Shown one piece after another: positions 13,068 to 27,346 of a stretch of DNA of 64,000 nucleotides. The notes beneath the pieces were generated by a model. It had not been told where the DNA came from. It was given only the letters and a program-made list of their open reading frames with translations, and made no database searches. Where the stretch lies: positions 1 to 64,000 of the forward strand of contig NW_027139939.1 of NCBI RefSeq assembly GCF_035084215.1, in the 5' to 3' direction. The translations under genes and the position numbers were made by a program. Source of the stretch: Heptranchias perlo (Eukaryota). Position 1 is the stretch's first letter. The number at the start of each line of letters is the position of its first letter.

Positions 13068-16000
13068 TAGAACCATACAAAGGATACAGCACAGAAGGGG
13101 GCTATTCGGCCCATCGTGTCCGTGCCGGCTCGAAAAACAACCAGGTCCCCATTCTAGTCCCACCTTCCAGCACCCGGTCCTTAGCCCTGCAGCTTACAGC
13201 ACTTTAGATGCAGGTCCAGGTACTTTTTAACAGAGTTGAGGGTCCCTGCCTCTACCACCAATTCAGGCAGCGAATTCCATACACCCACCACCCTCTGGGT
13301 AAAAGTGTTTTTCCTCATGTCCCCTCTAATCCTTCCGCCAATCAGCTCAAATCTATGTCCTCTAGTTCTTGAACTCTCCGCTAGGGGAAACAGGTACTTC
13401 CTGTCTACTCTATCTAGGCCCCTCATAATTTTGTACACCTCAATCAAGTCCCCCCTCAGCCTCCTCTGCTCCAAGGAAAACAACCCCAGCCTATCCAATC
13501 TCTCCTCGTAGCTGCAATTTTCAAGCCCTGGCAACATTCTTGTAAATCTTCTCTGCACTCTCTCCAGAACAATTACGTCCTTCCTGTAATGTGGTGACCA
13601 GAACTGCCCACAATACTCCAGCTGTGGCCTTACCAGCATTTTATACAGTTCCATCATTACATCCCTGATTTATTATTCTATGCCTCGGCTAATAACGGAG
13701 GGCATTCCGTATGCCTTTTCACAACCTTATCTACCTGTACTGCCACCTTCAGGGACCTGTGCTCATGCACTCCAAGGTCTCTCACTTCCTCTACCCCTCT
13801 CAATATATTCCCGTTTACTGCGTATTCCCTTTTACTGTTTGCCCTCCCGAAGTGCATTACCTCACACTTCTCCAGGTTGAACTCCATTTGCCACTTTTCC
13901 GCCCACTCCACCAACCCATTGATATCTTCTTGGAGTCTACAGCTATCCTCTTCACTGTCAACTACACGGACAATTTTTGTGTCGTCTGCAAATTTGCCAA
14001 TCATACCCCCTACATTCAAGTCCAAATCATTAATATATACCACAAACAGCAAGGGACCCAACACTGAGCCTTGTGGCACACCACTGGAAACGGATTTCCA
14101 TTCTCAAAGACATCCATCGACTTTTACCCTTTGTTTCCTGTTACTGAGCCAATTTTGGATCCAATTCACCACATTTCCCTGTATCCCATGGGCTTTTACC
14201 TTTCTGACCAGTCTGCCATGTGGGACCTTGTCAAATGCCTTACTAAAATCCATGTAGACATCACTCTCATCAATCCTCCTTGTCACTTCCTCAAAGAATT
14301 TAATCAGATTTGTAAGGCATGACCTTCCCTGAACAAATCCATGCTGACTATCCCTGATGAAACCATGCCTTTCCAAGTGACAGTTTATCCTATCTCTCAG
14401 TATTGATTCTAATAGTTTGCCCACCACCGAGGTAAGACTGACCGGCCTATAATTGTTCGGCCTTTACCTCTTACCCTTTTTAAACAACGGTACTATGTTT
14501 GCAGTCTTCCAGTCCTCCGGTACCTCCCCTGTATCTGGTGAGGATTGGAAAATGATCCTCAGAGCATCCGCTATTTCCTCCCTGGCTTCCTTCAATAGCC
14601 TAGGAAACAATCCATCCGACCCTGGTGACTTATCAACTTTCAGGGATTCCACTCCCTCTTGTACTTCCTCTCTCGTTATGTTTACCTTATCCAATATTTC
14701 ACACCTCTCCTCTTTAACTACTACGTCCGGATCATCCCTTTCCTTTGTGAATACAGAGACAAAATATTCATTTAAAACCCTACCCACGTCCTCTGCTTCT
14801 GCACACAAGTTACCCTTATCGTCCCTGATAGGTCCCACCTTTTCCTCAGCTATCCTCTTGTTCTTAATGTACTGATAAAACATCTTTGGGTTTTCTTTAA
14901 TCTTACTCGTTAATATTTTTTCATGCCCTCTCTTTGCTTTCCTTATTTCCTTTTTTACGTCATCCCTGTACTTTCTATACTCCTCTAGGCTTTCTGCAGT
15001 ATTTAGTTTTCTGTGACAGTCATAAGCTTTCTTTTCCTGCTTTACCTTGCCCCGTATACTTCTAGACAACCAGGGGGCTCTAAATTTGGCAGTGCCACCC
15101 TTTTTCTTTGAGGGGACGTGTCTGCATTGTACCCGTAGAATTTCACTTTTTAGTGCCTCCCACTGGCTTGCCACTGATTTCTCCTCAAGTCGTTGTGTCC
15201 AGTCCACTTCTGCCAAATCACCTCTAAGTTCTGTAAAATTTGCCTTCCCCCAATTTAAAACATTTACTCCTGATTTAACACTGTCCTTTTCCATAATAAT
15301 GCTAAAACTAACTGAATTGTGGTCACTATCCCCATTATGGTCACCCACTGTCACTTCACCCACTTGCCCATCTTCATTTCCCAGGACTAAATCTAGAATG
15401 GCATCCCCTCTTGTTGGGCTTGTCACGTACTGGCTAAAAAAGTTCTCCTGGACACTGATCAAGAATTTTACGCCCTCTGTGCCCCTCACACTGTTTGAAT
15501 CCCAGTTGATGTTAGGGTGGTTGAAATCCCCTACTATTATTGCCCTCTTATTTTTGCACTCAGAAATTTGCCAACATATTTGTTCTTCTATCTCCCTTTC
15601 GCTATTCGGGGGTCTAGAGTACACTCCTAGTAGTGTGACTGCCCCTTTTTTATTCCTTAGCTCAACCCATACGGCCTCGATTGATGATCCATTTAGCATA
15701 TCATCCCTTCTCACAACTCTAATTGATTCTTTAACCAATAATGCTACCCCCCTCCTTTTATATCACCCACTCTATCCTGCTTGAACACTCTATATCCAGG
15801 GATATTGAGCTGCCAGTTATCCCCCTCTTTAAGCCAGGTTTCCATTATAGCAATGATATCATGCTGCCACGTGTCTATCTGTGCCCTTAGCTCATCTGCT
15901 TTGTTTGTAATACTCCTTGCATTGAAGTATATACCCTTTAACCCCGTCAAATTCCTGTGCTGAACACTATTTAACCTTTGCTTTTTTGCATTTCTGAGTC

Positions 16001-16410
16001 GCAAACTACGTCACTAACTGCTTTTCTACTTTGCGTTTCCTGGTCTGAATTTGTCCTATCTGTACCTGCCCTTTGGTTCCCATCCCCCACCATACTAGTT
16101 TAAACCCTCCCCAACACAACTCGCAAATGTCCCCACGAGGATACTGGTCCTGGTTCTGCTTGGGTGCAATCCTTTCATCTTGTACAGGTCCCGCCTTTCC
16201 CAGAATCGGTCTCAATGCCTCAGGAATTTAAACCCCTCCCTCCGACACCATCTCTCAAGCCACGCATTCATCTGGTCTATTCTCCTATTTCTGCTCTCGC
16301 TGGCATGTGGCACTGGGAGTAATCCTGAGATTACTACCTCAGAGGTCCTGCTTTTTAATTTATTTCCTAACTCCCGATATTCTGCTTGCAGGACCTCATC
16401 CGTTTTTTTT
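13068..16410 (-). mobile_element. CR1 LINE: end of ORF1 esterase plus frameshifted ORF2 (APE endonuclease and RT)
   Basis: VVISGLLPVP (ORF1); YFNARSI, IIVGDFNHP, GDSDH, KSPGSDG, PQGSVLGP, KFADDTK (ORF2). Confidence 0.95.
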
Positions 16411-17944
16411 TTACAATACTTCACACTAAATTGTGGGAGTACGACTTAGGTTCAAACTAGTAAAAGGCGACTTGGGACAGACGTCAGGATGATATCTTCC
16501 TCATGCTAAAGCCTCGATTTTAACCGAACCTGTCCAGAGGGAATGGGATGGATTTGGTTCAACTTCAATGGAGCGTAAAATCGGGCAGGGTATAAATAGG
16601 GCGAACCATGTGACCTGTTACTAAACGGGGAACAGAGAGGAGACAATAGGAGGGAGTCCACAGTTAAAGTCAGAGGTCCTGTGGTGGGATAAAGTTGATG
16701 TAGATAGGGTGGAGTCAGCTTGGAGCATCAACCAACTGATGTCCAGGTTCGGTGACAGGGTGTGGAGGGTGAGTGAGTCCAGAAGCTATTTGAAGGGTAG
16801 ATTATCGGAGGACGCACTGCTGGGGGGGATTTCCGTGGGGATGAAGAGTCAGGAGGTTTGGAGAATCGATCGCAGAGCAGAAGAACAATGGTGAAGATGG
16901 AGGTCACTGTAAGATCTAGAAGCAGCGGAGGAATGGACTTCGGCCCAGGGGAGTGAATTTCTGGCCAGGAACCAGACTGTAGAAAAATAAAGCTGAAAAA
17001 CCAGTAGTACAGTCATAAACTCAGCAGGTAATAGCTGGGGGATGGGCTGTGGGCTGGACAAAGTTACCTTAACTCTTAAGCAGCTGAGTCTTCCAGTGGA
17101 GTAGCGTAGTGTTGAGAAGTCGAGGAATTTAGAAGCCAAATTTGAGCAAAGATCCAGTTTTCACTGATGTAAACAAAGAGCAGGCCCGGTCGGGGAATGG
17201 GCAGTGGGCCCAGGTAAGTTTAAACTTGCAGCTTGAACTTGTGGGTAGGGGTAAAATGCACCCACTATTAGAGCCAGGGAACTTAAACAGTGGAAGAGAG
17301 GAGATTGGGGGAGAAAGGGCAAAGGATGGCAATGGATGACCAAGGATAGGATTGTCCAGCAAAGGAGCTCCCGAGGGAGCAGCCAGCCCAGGAGCCATCT
17401 TGTTAACAGTAGGAATCGTAGGAACATAACATTGTACAGCACAGAAGAAGGCCATTTGGCCCATCATGCTATGCTGGCTCTCTGAAAGCGCTACCCACTT
17501 TCTTCTGACCTTTGCCCAGACTCTTTTAAAAAGAAAAATTTAAAAAAATATTTATCCACTTTCCTTTGAGCAGCTATTGTGGGACCTGCTCCCCCCTCTG
17601 GTCGGGCAGTCTGACCAATGCTTTCCTGCTCCAGAACTCCTGGGAGCTCCGAACGGAAGCTGCCACTGCACCAAGCTCTGAGCTTCTAGCTGGTAAAATG
17701 AATGGTGGGAGAATCACGGCTGAGGAATTTTCCAACGTGGGCTAGTGGAGCATTGAAGCAGGAAATCCCAGCCTCCGTCTCCGAACATCCCTCTGCATTA
17801 ACAAAATTCCCCCTAATCTCTCCCTTTGCTCTTGACCTTCAATTTATGCCCTCTAGTTTCCGACTTACTGACCAATGGAAAGTTTTTATTCTCTTTATTT
17901 TCCAAACCACTGATAGTTTGGACCCCTCTATCAGATCCCCTTGA

Positions 17945-18612
17945 CCATTAGCAATTAGGAAGGCAAATGGTATGTCGGCCTTTATTACAAGAGGATTTGA
18001 GCACAGGAGTAAAGATGTCTTACTGCAATTATATAGGGCCGTGGTGAGACCACACCTGGAGTATTGTGTGCAGTTTTGGTCTCCTTACCTAAGAAAGGAT
18101 ATACTTGCCGCAGAGGAAGTGCAACGAAAGTTCACCAGACTGATTCCTGGGATGGCGGGATTGTCGTATGAGGAGAGATTGAGTAGACACGGCCTGTATT
18201 CTCTCGAGTTCAGAAGAATGAGAGGTGATCTCATTGAAACATACAAAATTCTTACAGGGCTCGACAGGGCAGATGCAGGGAGGATGTTTCCCCTGGCTGG
18301 GGAGTCTGGAACCAGGGGTCACAGTCTCAGAATAAGGGGTAGGTCATTTAGGACTGAGATGAGGAGAAATTTCTTCACTCAGAGGGTGGTGAATCTTTGG
18401 AATTCTCTACCCCAGAGGGCTGTGGAGGCTCAGTCATTGAGTACATTCAAAACAGAGATCGATAGATTTCCAGATATTAAAGGCATCAAGGGATATGGGG
18501 ATAGTGCAGGAAAATGGCGTTGAGGTAGGAGATCAGCCATGATCTGATTGAATGGTGGAGCAGGCTCGAGGGGCCGGATGGCCTACTCCTGTTCCTGTTT
18601 CTTATGTTCTTA
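17945..18612 (+). mobile_element. CR1 3' fragment
   Basis: LYRAVVRPHLEYCVQFWSP...RNFFTQRVVNLWNSLP plus CR1 3' UTR. Confidence 0.93.
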
Positions 18613-18664
18613 TCTCTGTACCAGTGAAAAGAATCCCAGTCTGTTCTCATAACTCAAGCCTCTC

Positions 18665-19300
18665 ATCGGAACCTAGGTATAGGAGGAGGCCATTCAGCCC
18701 CTCGAGCCTATTCTGCCATTCAATTACATCATGGCTTGATGCATATCTTAACTCCATCTACCAGCCTTGGTTCCGTATCCCTTAATACCCTTACCTGACA
18801 AAAATCCATCAATCTCAGTTTTGAAATTTTCAATTGACCCCCAGCCTCAACAGCTTTTTGGGGGAGAGAGTTCCAGATTTCCACTCCCCTTTGTGTGTGG
18901 AAGAGTTTCCTGACATCACCCCTGAACGGCCCAGCTCTAATTTTAAGGTTACGCCCCCTTATTCTGGACTCCCCCCACCAGAGGAAATAGTTTCTCTCTA
19001 TCTCCCCTATCAAATCCTTTAATCATCTCCAACACCTCAATTGGATCACCCCTTAATCTTCTACACTCAAGGGAATACAAGCCTCGTCGATGCAACCTGT
19101 CCTCATAATTTAACCCTCCAAGCCCCGGTATCATTCTGCTAAATCTCCAAGGCCAATCTATCCTTCCTGAGGTGCGGTTCCCAGAACTGAACACAGTATC
19201 TCCAGATGTGGTCTGACCAGAGCTCTGAACAGCTGGAACATAACTTCCTCCCCTTTGTATTCCAGCCCCCGAGATAAAGGCCAACGTTCCATTAGCCATT
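18665..19300 (-). mobile_element. CR1 3' fragment (degenerate)
   Basis: LFRALVRPHLE, RRLRGDPIEV, WNSLPQKAVEA on the minus strand. Confidence 0.88.
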
Positions 19301-19419
19301 CCATTTTTGTAGCTGTCCACCAGATTCCCTGGGATCGCCCGAGCAAATCTCTTCCCGACCTTCTCCGTGAGCTTGACATCCTCTTCAACACATGGTATCC
19401 AAAATCGGACGCAACGTCC

Positions 19420-20255
19420 TCACTGTGGCCTAATATGGGAAAATGTGAAGTCATCCACTTTGGGAGGAAAAATAAAAAAGCAAAATATTATTTGAATGGA
19501 GAAATACTACAAAATGCTGCGGTACAGAGGGATCTGGGTGTCCTCCTACATGAAACACAAAAAGTCAACATACAGGTGCAGCAGGTAATCCGGAAGGCAA
19601 ACGGAGTATTGGCCTTTATTTCTCGGGGGATGGAGTATAAAAGCAGGGAAGTCATGCTCCAACTGTACAGGGTGCTGGTGAGACCACACCTGGAGCACTG
19701 CGTACAGTTCTGGTGACCTTATTTAAGGAAGGACATACTTGCATTGGAGGCAGTTCAGAGAAGGTTCACGAGGTTGATTCCGGGTATGGAAGGGTTGTCT
19801 TATGAGGAAAGATTGAACAGGTTGGGTCTATACTCATTGGAGTTTAGAAGAATGAGAGGAGATCTTAAGAAAAATACAAGATTCTGAGGGGACTCGATAG
19901 GGTAGATGCTGAGAGGACGTTACCCCTCATGGGGGAATCTAAAACTAGGGGGCATAGTCTCAGAATAAGGGGTTGCCCGTTTCAGACGGAAATGAGGAGG
20001 AATTTCTTCTCCCAGAGGGTTGTGAATGTTTGGAATTCTTTATCCCAAAAAGCTGTGAAGGCTGAGTCATTGAATACATTCAAGGCTGAGTTAGACAAAT
20101 TTTTGATCAGCAAGGGAGTCAAACGATATGGGGAAAGGGCGGGAAAGTGGAGTTGAGGTAAAAATCAGATCAGCCATGATCTCATTGAATGGCGGAGCAG
20201 GCTCGAGGGGCTGAATGGCCTATTCCTGCTGCTATCTCTTATGGTCTTATGGTCT
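19420..20255 (+). mobile_element. CR1 3' fragment
   Basis: KCEVIHFGRKN...LVRPHLEHCVQFW...RNFFSQRVVNVWNSL, ending in a short (CTTATGGT)-type tail. Confidence 0.92.
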
Positions 20256-20342
20256 AACCAGGCTCAGCATTAGCCGTTTCCACTTTGAGTTACTTATGAT
20301 TAACGTCATTTTTGAGACTGGTTTCTGTCTGTGATCCTGCAG

Positions 20343-20603
20343 ATTTCCACATCCTCGCATTTTACTACATACTGAGCCGTGGCGGGGCCGAGATGCCCGA
20401 GTACAGCTTGGTCGCGATGCTCGATGACTATGAGATAGTGTATTTCGACAGCACCCTGCAGCGGACTGTGCCCAGACAGCAGTGGATGGCCGACTCCTTC
20501 GACAACCATCACTGGGACGCCATCGCCATCACAATGGCGGGGTTCCATGGTCTGGTCAGAGGAAACGCCGAGATATTTTACCGACAGCAACACGGTGCCT
20601 CGA
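20343..20603 (+). CDS. MHC class I heavy chain, exon 2 (alpha1 domain)
   Basis: CCTGCAG acceptor, A|GTGAGT donor, 261 nt, phase 1/1. DFHILAFYYILS...PEYSLVAMLDDYEIVYFDS...VPRQQWM...HWD matches the alpha1 pattern. Confidence 0.93.
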
Positions 20604-20639
20604 GTGAGTATCCTCACAGAGCCGGTGCAGCTATCGACT

Positions 20640-23400
20640 GACAGGAGGAAAGGATTTGTATCCATAGAGAGCCTTATCCTGTCTCGGAGAAATGTCCCGA
20701 ACCACTTTACACCCATTAAATGACTTGGGATGACCTGGTCATTGGCACTATCTGGGAGTAACATGGCAGACATTTTCAGCACAGCAAATGGCAATGAGAT
20801 GATTGATTTGTTCATCTGTTTTTATTGGTGTGGATTGAGGGAGAAATGGGAGCAATTGGTTCTTTTTATGTTCATTTGAACAGGAAGACGGGGCCTCGAT
20901 TTAACGTCTCATCTGAAGGACGGCATCTCCGACAGTGCAGCACTCCCTCAGTACTGCCCCTCCGACAATGCATCACTCCCTCAGTACTGCCCCTCCGACA
21001 ATGCATCACTCCCTCAGTACTGCCCCTCCGACAATGCATCACTCCCTCAGTATTGCCTCTCCGACAATGCATCACTCCCTCAGCACTGACCCTCCGACAA
21101 TGCATCACTCCCTCAGTACTGCCTCTCCGACAATGCATCACTCCCTCAGTACTGCCCCTCCGACAATGCATCACTCCCTCAGTACTGCCTCTCCGACAAT
21201 GCATCACTCCCTCAGTACTGCCCCTCCGACAATGCATCACTCCCTCAGTATTGCCTCTCCGACAATGCATCACTCCCTCAGTACTGCTCCTCCGACAATG
21301 CATCACTCCCTCAGTATTGCCTCTCCGACAATGCATCACTCCCTCAGTATTGCCTCTCCGACAATGCATCACTCCCTCAGTACTGCCTCTCCGACAATGC
21401 ATCACTCCCTCAGTATTGCCTCTCCGACAATGCATCACTCCCTCAGTACTGCCTCTCCGACAATGCATCACTCCCTCAGTATTGCCTCTCCGTCAGTGCA
21501 GCACTCCCTCAGTACTGCCCCTCCGTCAGTGCAGCACTCCCTCAGTACTGCCCCTCCGTCAGTGCATCACTCCCTCATTACTGCCCCTCCGACAGTGCAT
21601 CACTCCCTCAGTACTGCCCCTCCGACAATGCATCACTCCCTCAGTATTGCCTCTCCGTCAGTGCAGCACTCCCTCAGTACTGCCCCTCCGTCAGTGCAGC
21701 ACTCCCTCAGTACTGCCCCTCCGACAGTGCATCACTCCCTCAGTACTGCCTCTCGGACAGTGCATCACTCCCTCAGTACTGCCCCTCCGACAGTGCATCA
21801 CTCCCTCAGTACTGCCTCTCTGACAATGCATCACTCCCTCAGTACTGCCCCTCCGACAGTGCATCACTCCCTCAGTACTGCCTCTCGGACAGTGCATCAC
21901 TCCCTCAGTACTGCCCCTCCGACAGTGCATCACTCCCTCAGTACTGCCTCTCTGACAGTGCATCACTCCCTCAGTACTGCCCCTCCGACAGTGCATCACT
22001 CCCTCAGTACTGCCTCTCTGACAGTGCATCACTCCCTCAGTACTGCCCCTCCGACAATACATCACTCCCTCAGTACTGCCCCCCGACAGTGCAGCACTCC
22101 CTCAGTACTGCCTCTCTGACAGTGCAGCGCTCCCTCAGTACTGCCCCTCCGACAGTGCAGCACTCCCTCAGTACTGCCCCTACGTCAGTGCAGCGCTCCC
22201 TCAGTACTGCCCCTCCGACAGTGCAGCACTCCCTCAGTACTGCCCCTCCGACAGTGCAGCTCTCCCTCAGTACTGACCCTCCGACAGTGCATCACTCCCT
22301 CAGGACTGCCCCAACGTCAGTGCAGCTCTCCCTCAGTACTGCCCCTCCGACAGTGCAGCACTCCCTCAGTACTGCCCCTACGTCAGTGCAGCTCTCCCTC
22401 AGTACTGACCCTCTGAAAGTGCATCACTCCCTCAGTACTGCCCCTCCAACAGTGCATCACTCCCTCAGTACTGCCTCTCTGACAGTGCATCACTCCCTCA
22501 GTACTGCCCCTCCGACAATACATCACTCCCTCAGTACTGCCCCCCGACAGTGCAGCACTCCCTCAGTACTGCCTCTCTGACAGTGCATCACTCCCTCAGT
22601 ACTGCCTCTCCGACAGTGCATCACTCCCTCAGTACTGCCCCTCCGACAGTGCAGCGCTCCCTCAGTACTGCCCCTCCGACAGTGCAGCGCTCCCTCAGTA
22701 CTGCCTCTCCGACAGTGCAGCGCTCCCTCAGTACTGCCCCTCCGACAGTGCAGCACTCCCTCAGTCCTGCCTCTCCGACAGTGCAGCGCTCCCTCAGTAC
22801 TGCCCCTCCGACAGTGCAGCACTCCCTCAGTCCTGCCTCTCCGACAGTGCAGCGCTCCCTCAGTACTGCCCCTCCGACAGTGCAGCACTCCCTCAGTACT
22901 GCCCCTCCGACAGTGCAGCACTCCCTCAGTACTGCCCCTCCGACAGTGCAGCGCTCCCTCAGTACTGCCCCTCCGTCAGTGCAGCACTCCCTCAGTACTG
23001 CCTCTCCGACAGTGCAGCACTCCCTCAGTACTGCCCCTCCGACAGTGCAGCACTCCCTCAGTACTGCCCCTCCGACAGTGCAGCGCTCCCTCAGTACTGC
23101 CCCTCCGTCAGTGCAGCACTCCCTCAGTACTGCCTCTCCGACAGTGCAGCACTCCCTCAGTACTGCCCCTCCGACAGTGCAGCACTCCCTCAGTACTGCC
23201 CCTCCGACAGTGCAGCACTCCCTCAGTACTGCCTCTCCGACAGTGCAGCACTCCCTCAGTACTGCCCCTCCGACAGTGCAGCACTCCCTCAGTACTGCCC
23301 CTCCGACAGTGCAGCACTCCCTCAGTACTGCCCTGGAGTGTCAGCCCAGATTATGCGCTCAAATCTCTGGAGTGGGGCCTGAAACCACGACCTTCTTACT
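20640..23400 (-). mobile_element. DeuSINE (SacSINE1-like) carrying an internal 33-bp minisatellite at 20928-23333 (about 73 copies)
   Basis: Deu-domain-like flank GGGCCTCGATTTAACGTCTCATCTGAAGGACGGCA on one side and a tRNA-like head at 23335-23400 on the other; unit TCCGACAGTGCAGCACTCCCTCAGTACTGCCCC. Confidence 0.85.
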
Positions 23401-24139
23401 CTCACCTCTAGTTCAGAAGGTTGTGGGTTCAAGACCCACTCCAGAGACTGGAGCACAAAATCTCGGCTGGCACTCCCAGTGCAGCACTGAGGGAGGGGCA
23501 GCACTGTGGGAGGGGCAGCACTGTGGGAGGGGCAACACTGAGGGAGGGGCAGCACTGTGGGAGGGGCAGCACTGAGGGAGGGGCAGCACTGTGGGAGGGG
23601 CAGCACTGAGGGAGGGGCAGCACTGAGAGAGGGGCAGCACTGAGGGAGGGGCAGCACTGTGGGAGGGGCAGCACTGAGGGAGGGGCAGCACTGTGGGAGG
23701 GGCAGCACTGAGGGAGGGGCAGCACTGTGGGAGGGGCAGCACTGAGGGAGGGGCAGCACTGAGGGAGGGGCAGCACTGAGGGAGGGGCAGCACTGAGGGA
23801 GGGGCAGCACTGTGGGAGGGGCAGCACTGAGGGAGGGGCAGCACTGAGGGAGGGGCAGCACTGAGGGAGGGGCAGCACTGAGGGAGGGGCAGCACTGTGG
23901 GAGGGGCAGCACTGAGGGAGGGGCAGCACTGTGGGAGGGGCAGCACTGTGGGAGGGGCAGCACTGAGGGAGGGGCAGCACTGAGGGAGGGGCAGCACTGA
24001 GGGAGGGGCAGCACTGAGGGAGGGGCAGCACTGAGGGAGGGGCAGCACTGTGGGAGGGGCAGCACTGAGGGAGGGGCAGCACTGAGGGAGGGGCAGCACT
24101 GAGGGAGGGGCAGCACTGAGGGAGGGGCAGCACTGAGGG
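23401..24139 (+). mobile_element. DeuSINE head followed by a 17-bp minisatellite (GCAGCACTGAGGGAGGG, about 39 copies)
   Basis: AGAAGGTTGTGGGTTCAAGACCCACTCCAGAGAC head with B-box-like GGTTCAAG, then a 17-nt period from 23479. Confidence 0.85.
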
Positions 24140-24589
24140 ATTTGATGTGAGCACCTTGAACGTTGGAATGAAATCATCGCTGCCACTTGTTTCTCCTCTT
24201 CTAAAGCTGCGTTGCCAGGGTTACTAACAAACAGATGAAATCAGGACAGGCGGGTCCATCAAGCCTGTCCTGTCTTGGCACGGTGAAACAACACACACAC
24301 ACACACCATCAGCACCCTCTCCCTCCCACAGTCACACAATCTCCTGGGAGAGGCCAAAGAAAGAGGATGAAACTGAGGCCAAGTTAGGAAAGCAAACACT
24401 CTGGGAGATTCCTCTGCGACCCCCCCCCCAGGGAATCGAGGAAGGTGCAGGAGACCACAGTGTCTGATATCACTGGTCCCCATTAACCCCACACACCTCC
24501 TATAACTCGAGATACTTTCTATTGGTCGCCAGTCCCCTTTCCAACACTTGCAGTCCACACACACACACTGTGCATGCAGGCAACTTGTT

Positions 24590-26735
24590 CATCGAATCAC
24601 AGAAAGGTTACAGCACGGAAGGAGGCCATTCGGCCCATTGAGTCCGTGCTGGTTCTATGCAAGTGCAATCCAGCTAGTCCCTCTCCCCTGCCCTATCCCC
24701 GTAGCCCTGCAAATTTTTTCCTTTCATTACTTATCCAAATCCCTTTTGAAGTCCACGATTGAATCTGCCTCCACCACCCCCTCGGGCCGTGCATTCCAGA
24801 TTCTAACCACTCGCTGTGTAAAAAAGTTTTTCCTCAAGTCACCTTTGCTTCTTTTGCCAATCACCTTAAATCTATGACCTCTGGTTTTTAACCCTTCTGT
24901 CAATGGGAATAGTTTCTTCATGATTTTAAACACCTCGATCAAATCTCCTCGCAACCGTCTCTGTTCCAAGGAGAACAACCCCAGCTTCTCCAGTCTATCC
25001 ACACAACTAAAGTCCCTCATCTCTGGAATCATTCTGGTAAATCTATTCTGCACCCTCTCTAAGGCCTTCACATCCTTCCTAAAGTGTGGTGCCCAGAACT
25101 GGACACCATACTCCAGTTGTGGCCGAACCAGTGTTTTATAAAGGTTCATCAAGACTTCCATACTTTTGTACTCTATGCCTCGATTTATAAAGCCCAAGAT
25201 CCCATATGCTTTTTTAACCACTTTCTCAACCTGCCCTGCTCCCTTGAATGATTTGTGCACATATACCCCCAGATCTCTCTGTTCCTGTACCCTTTTAGAG
25301 TTGTGCCCTCTAGTTTATATTACCTCTCCTCGTTCTTCCTACCAAAATGTATCACTTCGCATTTTTCTGCATTAAATTTCATCTGCCACGTGTCTGCCCA
25401 TTCCACCAGCCTGTCTATATCCTCTTGAAATCTATCACTCTCCTCCTCACTGTTTACTACACTTCCAAGTTTTGTGCCATCTGCAAATTTTGGAATTGTG
25501 CCCTGTGCACCCAAGTCCAAGTCATTAATATTTATCAAGAAAAGCAGTGGTCCCAGCACCGACCCCTGGGGAACACTACTGTGCACCTCCCTCCAGACCG
25601 AAAAACAACCGTTCACCACTACTCTCTGTTTCCTGTCCCTTAGCCAGTTCTGTATCCCTGTTCCTACTGCCCCCTTTATTCCATGGGCCGCAATCTTGAT
25701 GATAAGCCCACCATGCGGCACTTTATCAAACGCCTTTTGGAAGTCCATATACATCACATCAACTGCATTGCCCTCATCTACTCTCTCTGTTACCTCATCA
25801 AAAAACTGTATCAGGTTAGTTAAATACGTTTTGCCTTTAAATCCATGCTGGCTTTCCCCAATCAATTCACACTCGTCCAAGTGACTGTTAATTCTGTCCC
25901 GGATTATCGTTTCTAAAAGTTTCCCCACCACTGAGGTTAAACTGACTGACCTGTAGTTGCTGGGTTTGTCCTTACACCCTTTTTTTGAACAAGGATATAA
26001 CATTTGCAATTCTCCAGTCCTCTGGCACCACCCCTGTATCTACGGATGTTTGGAAGATTATGGCCAGTATCTCCGCAATTTCCACCCTTACTTCCCTCAG
26101 CAACCTAGGATGCATCCCATCCAGACATGGTGACTTATCTACTTGAAGTACAGCTAGCCTTTCCAGTACCTCTTCTATATCAATTTTTAGCCCATCCAGT
26201 ATCTCAACTATATCTTCCTTTACTGAGACTCTGGCAGCATCTTCTTCCTTGGTAAAAACAGATGCAAATTACTCATTTAGTACCTCGGCCATCTCCTCTG
26301 CCTCCATAAGTAGATCTCCTTTATGGTCCCTAATCGGCCCCACCCCTCCTCTTACTACCTGTTTACTGTTTAGATGCCTATAGAAGACTTTTGGATTCCC
26401 TTTTATGTTGGCCGCCAGTCTATTCTCAGACTCTCTCTTTGCCCCTCTTATTTCCTTTTTCACTTCCCCTCTGAACTTTCTATATTCTGCCTGGTTCTCA
26501 CTTTTATTATCAACCTGACATCTGTAATATGCCCCTTTTTTCTGTTTCATCTTACTCTCTATCTCTTTTGTCATCCAGGGAGCTCTGGCTTTAGTTGCCC
26601 GACCTTTCCCCCTCGTGGAGACTGTACCCGAACCATCTCCTCCTTAAAGGCCGCCCGCTGTTCAATTACAGTTTTGCCTGACAATCTTTGATTCCGATTT
26701 ACCCGGGACCAGATCTGTTCTCATCCCGTTGAAAT
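24590..26735 (-). mobile_element. CR1 LINE, 5'-truncated
   Basis: ORFs 24727-25260, 25320-26009 and 26269-26574 carry CR1 RT motifs (YMDFQKAFDKVPH, PQGSVLGP, KFADGTK). Confidence 0.93.
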
Positions 26736-26834
26736 TCCAGAGATCGATGACTCTCTGTGACAATCTAACCTATTGCTAAGGTTAAAGTCCAAGACAGCAG
26801 GACATAAATGGAACCTCAACGTAACACAGCTGCT

Positions 26835-27346
26835 TAGGAGCATCGAAAGAGGAAGAGGCCATTCAGCCCCTCGAGCCTGCTCCACCATTCATTTATATCA
26901 TGGCTAATCTGCACCGTAACTCCATTTTCCAGCCTTTGCTTCCTATCCATCGATACCCTTACCGAACAAAAATTTAACAATCTCAGTCTTGAAAGCTCCA
27001 ATGGGCCGCCAGCATCCCACAGCCTTTTGGGGGAGAGAGTTCCTGATTCCCACTCCCCTTTGTGTGATAAAGTGCTTCCTGATTTCACTCCTAAATGGCC
27101 TGGCTCTAAATCTAAGATCTTGATTCCCCCACCTGAGGAAATAATCCCTCTGGAATTCCCTCCCTAAACCTCTCCACCTCTCTCTGCTCCTTTAAGATGC
27201 TCCTTCAAACCTACCTCTTTGTCCAAGCTTTTGGTCACCTGTCCTAATATCTCCTTATGTGGCTCAGTGTCAAATTTTGTTTGTCAAGTGCCTTGTGATG
27301 TTTTACTCCGTGAAAGGCGCTATATAAATGCAAGTTGTTGTTGTTG
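26835..27346. mobile_element. CR1 3' fragment (-, 26835-27145) abutting an L2 3' end (+, 27148-27346) with (GTT)n tail
   Basis: CR1 3' UTR AGGCCATTCAGCCCCTCGAGCCTGCTCCACCATTCA; L2 end ...GGCGCTATATAAATGCAAGTTGTTGTTG. Confidence 0.8.

Noticed and set aside
20825-24186. His/Ser/Thr/Pro-rich repeat proteins
   Set aside because: SINE-derived 33-bp and 17-bp arrays inside intron 2.
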